A stretch of 64,000 nt of DNA from Chrysomallon squamiferum (taxonomy: Eukaryota > Animalia > Mollusca). A model generated the notes under the pieces. It worked only from the letters and a program-made list of their open reading frames with translations, was not told the DNA's origin and made no database searches. Positions within the stretch are counted from its first letter, which is position 1; the number at the start of each line of letters is the position of its first letter. Positions 14,801-27,535 of this stretch are shown here, in pieces. The position numbers and the translations under genes were made by a program. The stretch spans positions 16,120,001 to 16,184,000 of the forward strand of contig CM022668.1 of assembly GCA_012295275.1 (NCBI GenBank). The letters are read 5' to 3'.

Positions 14801-17800
14801 CTGACAAGAGTTGTTTCTGTTCACTGCAACTTCAGCGTCTGCAACACCAGCATGACTAGATTTTTCACAGTTACCAACATCTCTTCCATTAGTTTTGTTA
14901 CTACTGTTGGAACAGTCACTTTCTCTGCCAGTGATTTTACTGCCATCATTGTCCTCAGACTCAACAGTAGAATATGTGGTGGCAACATCACAGAAATCTC
15001 TCTCATCTTTACTGGGAGGAGATTTAGTTTCCAACTCGTCAGAATTGTTTTGTTCTGTGTTTTCACAAACGATGTTGTTGTGATTGTCATCCGCGGATGT
15101 CTGAGTGTTGTCACTGTGTTTTGTCTCACAGTCAGTGCCGTTGTCTCTGTACATCATCTCGCCTCTGACAGTCTCCGTGTGAAAGTGTTGTCTGTTCTGC
15201 GTCTGTCCTCTGCCTGCCAGACTGGGTCTGTCCTGTTCTTCCTTCTCGTCAACGGCTGCCACGTCACTGCGACCACCGTTTGAAAACGGGGGAGGTGAAA
15301 ACCCTGTCGACTCGCGGTGCATGTAACACTGAAAGTCAGCAATGTCACTTCTTCTTCTAGACTCTTCACTTTTAACTGTGACACTGGATTCCTCATCCAA
15401 GCAATGCTCAAAGTGAACCACATCTGATTTCCTTCTCATGTCTTCTTTAACAAGTTCTGTTTTACAGTTTTCCTCTCTCTTTGTGGAACACTGGAAATTG
15501 GTAATATTACTTTCTCTCCCGACATCCTCTGAGTTAGATGCTTTAGACCCTCTGTTCATGTACTGCTTGAAGTCAGCAGCATCATTTTCCCTTCTGGCAT
15601 CTTGTTTAACCCGTTCTGTTTTAGATGGGTTCAAACCGGTCTCTCTTTTCGTAAAACGCTGCACACTGGCAACATCTTTCTCTCTTCTAGCATTCTCTTG
15701 TTCATAGCCGGTTTCATTGCTGTCCCTTCTGTCATCTTGCTTTGAGAAATCCTTTACAATGGGACTGGACACAAACTTGTCCTTCTGGAAGGTTTTTTTG
15801 CTAAATGCAGAGTTGGGACTGTGCGAGTAATTCTGAATGATCAGACTGCTGAGATCCATGGGGTCTGTGGTGTGACTAGGAGCAGGGTGCATCACTGGGA
15901 ACTCGGTTTCGAAATTACTTCTCTTCGACATCGTGTACTGTTTTAACGGGTCGTTTACGTCGACGTCCTTCTCGGGTATCAGCTGCTCGTCCTCGGTGAT
16001 GATTTTTTCGGGGTCTGGTGTTGACGATGCGAGTCTGTGATTGAAAGGAGTCTTGATGTCGATGAGTGGAGCCCTGGTCCGCGGTGTGTTGCGCATGCCA
16101 CTCATCAACGTTGCTATCATCGTGTCTGGGGCTGGAAGGATCAAAACAACAACCATTACAATACTGAAACGACGATACATTCAACCATGTTCTCTTTCTA
16201 CTACACCAGAACGTCACTAACAGCTGAAAGTCAGAGTCAGCAATAAACTAAGAAAATGTTATTAACGTAATGTGATAGCTTCTAACAGTCAGTCACAGCA
16301 AAAACAGCATAAATGAATTATGCACATCCAAGTGAATATTTTGATAGTAGACATCCACCTTTACTACCAATAATGTATTGATGGAGGTTAATATTTAATA
16401 TTACAAAAATAAATATATAAATAATTGCATGGACATATGCACAATGCAACTGCTAACGCTTCTAAAGTTTTCTCAAAACAACACAAATATTTAACTACAC
16501 TAAAAGTATACTACTCTACAGCAGTACTTCATGTTGTTGTTCTAATATGAATCTAAATACATCACAGATCAGCTACTTACATTCAGGATCATCCACTGGG
16601 AAGTTATTGCTTGATTTGAAACATGGAGTCTCTGTTTGGCAAACTTGTCCATAACAAGGAGATGATACGGATGATAATTTGCCTCGACCTCAAGTAAGGA
16701 TAAGAGAAATTCTCATTGCAAAATAGTTTTTTTTTAATAATAAAATTGAGTTTTATTTGTGAGTATCTGAATTCTGTTTATTTGTCAGTATCGTTTATTT
16801 GTCACTGTCAGAACTTTCTGTTCCTTTCAAAAATAAAAAACATTCATTTGAAATATTGAAACATTACTGACAGTGAAGTACCAACATCCTGAAAGAATTA
16901 TTTTATTTTCATAACACTTTCAAGGAACTGTTTTATTTATTCTTCATGCCAACATTTGCTAATAATAAAGTATGACTGAAATATAACAAAATGTATTTCT
17001 GTGAACAAAGTGGAATTAAAAAGAGAAGAAAATGGCAGACTCCTTTCTTCATTGTCTTCTTGTCATACTTTATTACAGGACCAAACAGGTGCAGGCAAAT
17101 AAATAAAACAATTGTTTCAGAAATACACACCCTGATTTAATCTGTATGTAGGTACCACAAAAATAAAACTCAACTCAACAAAATTTAGCATTATGTACTC
17201 TTCTTAAATTACAAAGACTAAAAAAATTACACAAACAGTTCATGAGCACTAACTGACCTTTCTTTCTGTCCAGCAAGTGATACAGGAGTTCTGAACACCG
17301 GTCAATCCCACGAGTCCCTGGCTGGTCAGTTTCAGATTCGGACGAGTACAGACTGTACGCTGGTTTCATCTTCGAAGACGCTTTAGAAGCTTTTCCATTC
17401 TTCTTTTCCTTCATGCTACCAATACTGCCACTTCTAGAAGTAAGATGACACAGCGTAGTTAATCATTATAGTATTAGTAGAGTATTAGTAGATGCAGATT
17501 TGTTTGTGTCTATGTATACATACAGATACACATACACTGATATGATAACAAATAAAGCAAAGAAGAAAAAACTTAAAATGTAGGATGCTTGAAAAATAAC
17601 ATCATCGTATGATTGTCAAATTTCCAGTGAAAGACTATTCTATTAAATGATGAAGTGTTAAAGAGAATGGACAGCATTATGAATGTCGTTTATAAATACA
17701 ATGAATGCATTCAATATGTTGTAGAATTATATTAAATATTAAGAAGTGTTCTAAAAACTTCTTTTTTTTTAATTGAATACTGACTGGTTATAGCAGATTT

Positions 17801-17885
17801 TCTAGCTCTTTCTTTGTTAAATCTAATCAGAAAATTTTGAAAGAAAATACCTTTTACTTATTTTTGGCTTTGCTGATGTTTTCAT
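8869..17885 (-). CDS. CCDC14: Coiled-coil domain-containing protein 14-like (centriolar satellite protein), about 1318 aa
   Basis: Coding exons in transcript order: 17851-17885 (start uncertain), 17258-17433, 14069-16131, 13637-13754, 12833-12962, 12228-12310, 11494-11651, 10832-11025, 10440-10568, 8869-9739. All introns are GT-AG, phases are consistent and the total of 3957 nt is divisible by 3. Motifs match CCDC14 as recalled: N-terminal AYSLYSSESETDQ..GIDRCSELL, central LLQPLRNENIQLNRRVKTLNQQLRERE, and C-terminal DDRAFREGIAALDANIAKVQLAL. Confidence 0.85.
10760..10850 (-). repeat. About 29-bp tandem repeat duplicating a CCDC14 exon end and its 5' splice site
   Basis: Three copies of ...CTAGTACA|GTAAGTAAAATAC on the minus strand. 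The copy at 10831 is the real donor. Confidence 0.75.
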
Positions 17886-18276
17886 CACCAGCGACTTTGT
17901 TTTTGATAACTGCAGAAAAATGATATAACTTACAAAAATAATTAAAATATTCATGAATTATTAAATATAAAAATATTAGCAATTCTTTCTAAACCATGGA
18001 ATGTTTCAAAATACAAACACAGCTAAAATGCTGTTAAAAGAAAGTAACTAAGTAAATAGTTAAAACCACCCATATATCAATTTTATTTATTTTAATGTCA
18101 TAATTATAACATGATACAAAATTTAATATTGTTTGTTACAGATAAGAAAGATTTTTGTTAAGCCCATTAATTCAATTCAGATGTGCAAAATAAGAAACTA
18201 CTATCTAAGATATAAAAAATTATAAAACAGACACATCTTAAATGTACACAATCTAAATTTCAAAAATATATTCCAC

Positions 18277-18397
18277 CTTTGGTTTTCCAGTTGGTGCTGT
18301 TGTTCCTTTCTTAGGCTTTCCAGACATTTTAAAATTTTATTTATGTCATCTAATATCCCAAAGTTCTTGAAATATACTGCATTGTTGATCAAATCCT
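18277..18397 (-). other. Probable 5'-UTR or alternative exon of CCDC14 (121 nt)
   Basis: Bounded by a tttcag acceptor and an AAG|GTGGAA donor. The frame continuous with the CCDC14 CDS contains stops, while another frame is open. Confidence 0.4.
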
Positions 18398-19825
18398 CTG
18401 AAATAAACAAAGAAAAACAATATATATATTGCACAATGAATGCATAATGTCAGCTACTGTTTAATATAAACAAGTATAAAGGTACATTTAATAACATAAT
18501 AAAAATATGATAGATTTCTCAAAAACTGCCAAAATTACAAATACTAAAATGTTATTCTATAGTCTCCTGGTCAAATATGGGTCAAAATTTTTAAGGAACA
18601 TTGACTACTGTTCTATATTTTTGAATTTATTTTTTTAGCAGCTGTTCATTATTAGTACAAATATTATATAAATATTTACTTATAATTTATTACACAATGT
18701 CAAAGTGGGGTGAGGTGTTTGATAGGTTTGTACTACTATTTTTAATTATCACTGTAGGAAAGATTTATTTTGTCATACTGTTCCTACTGGGCTTTAGTAG
18801 AAATACTGACAGAAATATGTGCTATACAGTTAGATGTACTCTTACTTCTGAGGGGCTGTAAACATATTATCTCATAATTTAAGGTACACAAAAAGAGCTA
18901 TAAATTATCTCTTGAGAACATGAGAATAGGAAAAAAAAAAAAAAAAGAGATAGGTCATTTAGTTAAATAAAAAATAAAATACAAATAAAAATAAAAACGT
19001 TATTAATAGAAGTTAGTATGTGAAAGTATTTCATAATTTTGTAAAATCGTTTTCTGGACAGCCAATGTTTTGTTATTACTAATGTAATTATCATGAAATG
19101 ATTATATAAATTTCAGTTTTCACTATTAAATAATGAAGTATTCAACCATATGGTGTTTATTACTGTAAGATTAAAAGCCTAAAGGCTAAAAGCATCCTGT
19201 CATATGGGATTCATCATTTCATGTCAATGTCATGATACTCATACTCTGGCAACCGTTTTATTTATTTATCGTTAAAAATAAACATAACATTCTAATTTAA
19301 GACTACAGTCTACTTGTAATCATTAATAGAGATCCAGTGATAGGTTCTGTAACTATTTACTTGTGCAATAGACAGCATACGTTTATTCCAGAAAGTGAAC
19401 GCTTATGGTCTGTTAACATTCACAATAAACCAACAAACACTGTCGCTATTTTTAAGTCAACGCAAGTTTCCAACTGATCAATGATTCAATCTCAAATATT
19501 GTCTTTACAACATTAGGAAAAACATTTAAGCATTGGCAATACAAAAACCTACAGAATGCTTACTTTATGTTGCAAATCTGTTTGATTTTAACACATCACA
19601 AAGAGATGCATCAAAATATCACGAAAAGTTGCATTAATCGCCTCTTGACCAAACAAAATTGGAACATCTCAGTGGAATAAGGGAACTTACTCTTGTCTTT
19701 TTTTTTTCTTCCGTTTTAAATTACTCCCTATTGAACGTTTCAGTTTAGTTTTGCCTTTTCATCCTAGGTTCTTGTTTCTATTAAAATTCAATAATATAAA
19801 CAAGATATGCTACATGGATATATAA

Positions 19826-19870
<45 letters not shown>

Positions 19871-20101
19871 CTTTTTGTAAAAAAAAAAAAATATCTGAAT
19901 AATTATCAATAATCTTTATGATAAACTTAAGCATTTATACAACAGAATTAATAGCAATATTATTACATATTTATTTTATAATTTGAATAATTTCATATAC
20001 TTTAAAAGTATTGAAAATTAAATTCATTTTTGAAATATGTTTTATTATTATTATTATTATTACTATTCAGTCTATTGTATAATTATATAATAATAATAAT
20101 A

Positions 20102-20158
<57 letters not shown>

Positions 20159-20264
20159 TATTTATTTATTTTTTTTTCTGAATTAAAAAACCATGAATAA
20201 AATAAAACCTTTCAGGAAAATATAATCAAGTCTAGCTGTATTCGACCTATTTATTTCCGCTAGA

Positions 20265-20388
20265 AATACGGAACTTACCGAAACATAATTAGCGTTCACA
20301 GCAACGAAGAAAATAAACAATAGTCCTATGCAATTATAATTTTGTTTGAAGACGGCTGCGTTTATATGGCGCATACATCACTACAGAT
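20265..20388. promoter_or_regulatory. Compact bidirectional promoter region shared by CCDC14 (-) and ADAM17 (+)
   Basis: CpG-enriched patch. A minus-strand donor ATGTTTCG|GTAAGT at 20279/20278 lies only about 110 nt from the ADAM17 ATG at 20389. Confidence 0.5.
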
Positions 20389-20392
20389 ATGA
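20366..20392 (+). promoter_or_regulatory. uORF MAHTSLQI* whose TGA overlaps the ADAM17 ATG (ATGA)
   Basis: ATG GCG CAT ACA TCA CTA CAG ATA TGA. The TGA at 20390-20392 overlaps the ATG at 20389-20391. It matters only if the TSS is upstream of 20366. Confidence 0.45.
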
Positions 20393-22603
20393 TTACGTTA
20401 TTTTGTGTATCAGTAATTATAGGACAGGCATTTATAAACGTTGCATTAGGTAAATCTGTCTGTTGCATACGTAATTTATAGACTGTTTATGTATCTGATT
20501 TCAATATGAACTTTATTTCGATTTAACTTTACGATTGTGTGTTTTGTTTTAAATTCAGATGAATTTTAAATCAATAAAAATTAATAACAATATGAGGGAA
20601 CCATGTAGGGACTACGGAACTGCTATGGATTTATTATATTGCTGTCGAAATTGTTAATACTTTGAAATAATGATGCTGATATATTTTGTTTTAAAAATAC
20701 TGTCAATAAGTGTTTGTTTACTCAATGTTTATTATATAATTTATTTATTTTAATTTTTGTTCGTTAAATGTGTCATTTAAGTTTTCAGTATAAGATCTCA
20801 TTTAATAAAGTTACGGAGTAAGAGGCTATGTGTAGCCAAATTTGATAATTTAATTGGTGGATGTCAGAATATTATTGCAGTAGAACAGTATACAATTCAA
20901 GATCTTATAGTGTATCTAATTATATATCATGATTGATGACCCTAACAAGACAATAATAATAATAAAAAATAATAACAGTAAACTTTTTTTTAATAAAATG
21001 GGAGAGGCAACTTTATTAAGAATCCCATTGATACAGAAACCCCATTTTGCTGGCTATTTATATATTTTTTTTTCTTAAAGCTCATCTTTATTTTAGTTTA
21101 TATTTAGCTAATATTTAGCCATACCTAAAGTCATAAGCAGAATTAGTTTTTATGGGATAAATATCCTATTCTTCTATGCATTTAATTATTTTAATTTATA
21201 ATCCATTTTTTAAATATTCTACATGTGAGTTTAATTAGAGGAAAAGCCTGAGACACTGGATCAATAACAGAATAGTTAACTATTTCCCATTCCACCTACT
21301 ATCCCTCATCTGTTTTATAAATGACTGCTGCACAAGTATTCCTGTCTGTGGGATGGTATTATAAAACACCACTTTCTGCTAGAATAGTTCCCTTCATGGT
21401 AGCAGAGGCTTTCCTCTTTCATTTACATCATCATTATAACCATAATTGTTTACAGACACCTAACAATTGTTAATAATAAAATATATTAAACAACTATGTA
21501 TTTATTCATAGACACCTAATCATTGTTAATAATAAAGTTCATTAAAGAGCTGTTTATATATTTCAGCTGACCTCAGCAGCAAGTTACACTACTATGAGTT
21601 GATAAATCCTATCAACATTTACACTCGATCCAAGCGAAGTGTTGATGAAACCTCGGATACAGAGATTTTGACTAAAGAGTTTGTGTTTGCTGCATTTAAC
21701 AGGCAAGTCATTTGTATGGTATATCTGTTAATGAACGTTTAAATTTCAGATATGCACAGACCCATGTATTATTTAAACTTAAATATAATATCAGAGAAAA
21801 ACATTGTTCAAAAGATTCATAAAATATATTAAAAAAAAACCTTTGTATATTTGTGTGTTTATGTGTATGCATGTTTATATATTTGTATATATGTTTGTAT
21901 GTATGATTGTCTAAATGTGTGCATGTCTGTGTGTGTTTGTGTAAGTATGTATGTATGTATGTATGTATATTTTGTAATGTATATATGAATGTATTTTATG
22001 TATGCATGTTTATTCTGTGTGTTAGAAATGTATACATACATCATAAAAGTGTAAACACACACACAAACACACACACACACACTTTTACTCCTTTATAAAA
22101 ATATGTTGTTCAGATGTTTTTAAACTGCATTCTTTTTCCATTAACCTTCTTAATTAATTTATATTATATACTGTTTAGACTGTTTCTTTGAGCAATGAAT
22201 TTAAAATTGACTGATGTTTGTTTTATTTTTTCAGAACTTTTGTTTGTCACATGCGTACAAGAACTGAAATCTTCGCTCCTGGTTTTAATATAACAGTTAT
22301 AGAAAAAAATGGACAATCAACCATAGCTCATCTCCAAGAGGGAAATTTTTATTCTGGAAAAGTGGATGGTAAATAATACAGCTAATATATGCTATAAAAA
22401 AAGAAATATATATATATATATATAAAAATAAAATGGCAGAAACAACAATAACAATAATAATAATAATGATAATAGGAAGAATGTTTTGTTTTCATGATTT
22501 ACTGTTTTGTTTTGTTTTTGAATTTTTTTAAAAACATTTATTTACTTACTTGCTCTGTTTATTTATTTATTTATTGTTATTTTTATTATTATTATTGCTA
22601 TTA

Positions 22604-22659
<56 letters not shown>

Positions 22660-22816
22660 GCTATTGCTATTATTATTATTATTATTATTATTAATATTAT
22701 GATTATGATTATTGTTATTATTATTGTTATATTAGTATTATTTATATTATTATTGTTATATTATATTATTTATATTATTATTATTGCTATTATTATTATT
22801 ATTATTATTGTTATTA

Positions 22817-22878
<62 letters not shown>

Positions 22879-25800
22879 GTTATTATTATTATTATTATTA
22901 TTATTAATTAGCTCTGTGGTGTGTTACTGTTTCCTCTAGGTGAGGCTGTTTCTGAAATACATGGATATTTTGAAAATAATGTGTTCACTGGGACAGTATC
23001 AGTTGCAAGTGAAATGTTTGTTATTGAGGTAAGTTTATTTTATTTAAATCAGATTGAAAATGAAATAACGAAAGTGTTTCATGAATATTTCTTAGAGGCA
23101 TGTCAATTATTTCTCACAAATTCATACTTCATATTGTATAGAATTATGTATTCATGTCTTAAGCATGCAGTATATATGAATAAACAATTACCCTCAGACA
23201 CTCAGACACATACTTCAAAGAACTGTGTCTAATGAACTGTAAGTCAAACATTCTGAAATAAAAGGTTTATTCTAGTCATAACATATGGCATTTTATGATC
23301 AAATGTTAATTTTAAATATTTAAATATTATTTAAAGCCAGCTTGGCGACATTTTACAAAAGAGGAGCTCAGGGAACTGCCTGACGGAAACATGATTGTAT
23401 ACAGGGGAAGTGACATGAAAATCACATTCGACAAAAAACAGGGTCCAGAAAGGTATTTTACAGTTTAAATGCAAATTTATTTTTAATTTCCTTTTAAGAG
23501 ACTTAAAAATATCACCTAGAAACGTTTTTGCATATTTCTGAGTGACTCTTTTGTTAGTTACTGGCAGTTATTCTTTGCTAATAATAAAGTGTGAACAAGC
23601 TGTATAAATACATTTTGTAAAAAATTTCAGCCAAAATTTACTAATGATAAAGTATGCAAGTGAAATTTAATAATATAAATATATATATTCACAGAAATAA
23701 ATCAATAATGTGAAGTTTGATTTTATTATTTAAAACATTTTCAATAGATAATGTGTTGTTTTAATGTTCCAGTGTAGTATGTTTACATTTATGGTATTTT
23801 TGTGTTTATAAACCTCTCACTTTCTCTTTCTCTCACTCACTGAAACGTGCACACATCCTCATATCTAGATATATTACCCCAAAACCAGTTAAAAGCAGTT
23901 TGTTTTGAATAGAACCATTGTTTACAGAATAAATACAAGTATACATTAACTACAGAAATGTATGATAAACACACAATTTTTTTGTTTCAGAGCGACATTT
24001 TGCGGAGATCATGAAGGCCACAAAGTTGAAACTGACCAGAAAAAATCTTATCTTCTCAGTCACCATGGTAGCAGTTGTTTTAGTTTCACTGAAAAATTAG
24101 GATCATTTAATATCTGAAGTTTTGTTTCATTTTGAAATTTACAAGGGTTATTTAACCACAATGATGGATTCAAGCTAGGCTTAGAAAAATAAGCCAAAGT
24201 GACATTTTGTGATGTTGAAACGAGACTGTGAGACATTTCCAACATCATGATAAATCTTTACTAACAATAAAGTATGAAAGAGAAATTGTAATTCTGTTTT
24301 TGTAAATCAGTAGTGTTACAAAATGTCATCTCAGGTATATTTTGTGTATTTCTAAGTAATATTTTAATTAACACTAAACTTTGTTCATTTTAAAGTAAAG
24401 CTGAATAAGATTTATGCTGCTGGTTTTTTCTTAAAGCTTGATGTTATTTTGTTTACAGTATAGGTAAAAGAGGGAGAAAAACAATTTACCAAAAGATACA
24501 GATTCTTGAGTCACAAAAAACTACATCTTCTGAAAAAAAAAAATAATAATAATACAAACTGGTATAAAAAATGACTTGATAATCATATTTAGCTAATTTG
24601 TATTGCCAACAAAGTTTGACTTTATTATTTTCAAACACACTGCAACAAATCATACTTTATGTCATTTATTTAAATCCAGAAACCAATTTCATCCTAAAAG
24701 ATATTACCAATTAATAAATAATTCAGAACAAGCACAATTAAAATTAATGTTTGTTTGAATATTTTTAATTTTGGTTTTAAAATCAGGTTCACGCCCAAAG
24801 AGACAGACCCCAACAGGAAACACATGTCGACTGATTGTCGTAGCAGACTACAAGTTTTACGAACAGATGGGAAACAGCAATATCTACACAACAGCATCAT
24901 ACATGGTGAGTTTTCTTTATTTTTAAAAAAGTATTATTCTTTTACTCAAAACTTTTATGAACTGTACAATAAAAATTGATACTAGTTAGGCTGGGATTCT
25001 GTTTACATGATTCCAGCATGATCCAAACCTTGCCAACAAAATTCAGGGTTTTCTTGGAGCCATTTTTTTTCCACCATTTTTGTTTCTTGTGTCATTTTTT
25101 GGTTTTCCATCCTACACCCTCATAGGGCAGAGCAGAGGTAGGAAGGTTCATTGAAAGAGCCAAGAGCCAGTTTTTTCTCTGTGTGTAATATTTATACAAG
25201 GATGTTCAGCTATCTTGTAAATTATAATCAAATCTTTCGTTACTTATATTGTATTAAATTATTTAAAAACAAAAATATAATGATGACACCAAAATATAAT
25301 AATATTATACAGCTAAGATATTATTATCTTAGCAGTTTTTTTTTTTTTTTTTTTTTACTGTTGTTAAATAGATTATCATTGTAAAATATAAGATGTTGTA
25401 AGAATTTATTTCTGTGAATTTTGCAGGCAGGAATAATTGAACGGGTTGATGCTATTTATAGAAGAACTGTGTGGAACTCAGCTGGACTTACTGGATTGGG
25501 ATTTCAGATCCAGCAAGTACGTACACTGACCTAGGGATGGATCTATGGTGGTAAAGGGATGGATTTAGGGTTTATAGTAAAGGGTGGATCTAGGAGTGAT
25601 GGTAAAGATATGGATCTAGGGGTTGGAGTAAAGTGATTATGTCTTTATAAAAGATTTGGGTGGAATTCTGCTGGTCTCACTGATTTTGGATTTCAGATTC
25701 AACATGTAAGTTGATTAATACAGGCTGTATCTTCAGCATTTAAGTAACGAAAAACAAGTTTTAAATTTCCGTATGTGTTTGATTTAAGAAATAAAGATAT

Positions 25801-27491
25801 ATTCATATTTTTTATTGTCCAAAGTTCAGCACCTCACTGTGTTAAATTATCAAAATTCAGCATATTCAGAATGAAACACACAAACAAGACTGCAGTATAA
25901 ATCAAAAGGAAATTTAAAAAATGCACCCATTCTTTTTTTCCTTCTGCAGTAAGTTTGTACAAAGATAATGGTTTTTTTTCTTCTGTTTTAGATGATTATC
26001 AACAAATTTCCTACAGTACCAGCCGGCAGTTCTGTTCATTACAACATGCAGCGAACCACTGCCTGGACTCCATCAGCACTTCTTCAGGTCTGTCTGTCTG
26101 TCTGTCTGTCTGCAGAATATTTCAAACTAACTGAATGTAGTATATTTTAAATATTCTTGTACTGGTCTTACACTGTTGTAAAAGTAATATTTAAGATAAA
26201 TGTTGAAATGTCACTGAAACTGTTATCTGGGATTATATACAGGTTTTCATTGAAGAAATTTATTATTTATATTTTATATATTTATATATTTATATATTTA
26301 TTTACTTATTTACTTGTTTATTTATTTATTTATTTACCTATTTACTTATTTACTTGTTTATTTTTTTTATTATATTCAGGCATTTAGCAAGGAGTCCTAT
26401 TTCCAGTCATTCTGTCTGGCTCACTTGTTCACACATCAGTCATTCACAAACAACATTCTGGGACTGGCGTACATCGCATCCAAGAACCTCAATGCAGCAG
26501 GAGGAATCTGCTCACCAAGTTTGTACAAATAAAAATAATTCTTATAAAACAAAAACTAACTTACAGATATTGTTTTTGAATTAAAATAGCATTCCGTTAT
26601 TTAAAAAAAAAAAAAAAAAAAATTAATTTATATAAACAAATTTTAAAATTTATATGTGGTATGAGATCCATAGAATAATTTATTATTATTAAAGTATTTG
26701 CAACATCACCTCAAGAAGAAATTTAAAGAAAAATTAATTTATAAAAAAAAATTAAAACTTTATATGTGGTATATGATCTATAGAATATTTATTATTATTA
26801 AAGTATTTGCAACATCACCTCATGATTCTTTCAGTAAGAAATTTAAAGAAAATATGTCTTTGTATATCTGTCAGACCCATTGCTAGCCTTAAAATCTAAA
26901 AATAAACAATACATTATTATATTACACACTATGAACAGTAACTATGACGTTACCTGTTTAAAACACATTATTATGTAATAACAAAAACAAATTTAACTGT
27001 TATTTATATACTTATAAAATATTTCTTACTTTACAGAAAATTTAAGAAAGTGTAGCAATCTTATATAAATTTTTTTACTGTACTGGAAATTTAACAAACT
27101 GTTGTATTCTGCAGATTCAAATACAGGCTGGAGCAGTTCAATGAATTACGCTGGAGAAACAGTTTTAACTCAACAAGCTGACTTAGTCACTGCTCACGGT
27201 TAGTCTCATTTCATTGGTTGATTAATTTGTTATTATTAAAGTAATAGTTTGTATTTGATTGTAGAATAATTAATTGAGAGTTATAAAATATGATTTTAAA
27301 AATAAATTTATTGAACAAGCTCTTTTGTGGACTGAATATACCTCATTAGAAACATGTTAGAAATTGATTTAATAACTGATGAAATATTTGAAGTACCTAT
27401 AATTCTTTGTTTGAATGAGATCAAAGATTTCTATTTCTCAGCCAGTTTGTTGTGTTGTTATGTTGGTTTGATTAAATGTAAATTGAAACAT

Positions 27492-27535
<44 letters not shown>

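Noticed and set aside
14060-16180. The 706-aa ORF as a stand-alone gene with a signal peptide
   Set aside because: Its hydrophobic N-terminus is a translated polypyrimidine tract. The segment 14069-16131 is an internal CCDC14 exon.
24459-24463. tttacag|TATAG|gtaaaa as a 5-nt poison microexon in ADAM17 intron 6
   Set aside because: Exons 6 and 7 already join in frame, the donor is modest, and such matches are expected by chance in AT-rich introns. It cannot be supported without reads.
27037-27051. Candidate 15-nt exon AAAATTTAAGAAAGT in ADAM17
   Set aside because: The donor is weak (gtagca). The 30-nt exon at 26804-26833 has a better donor and restores the expected spacing.
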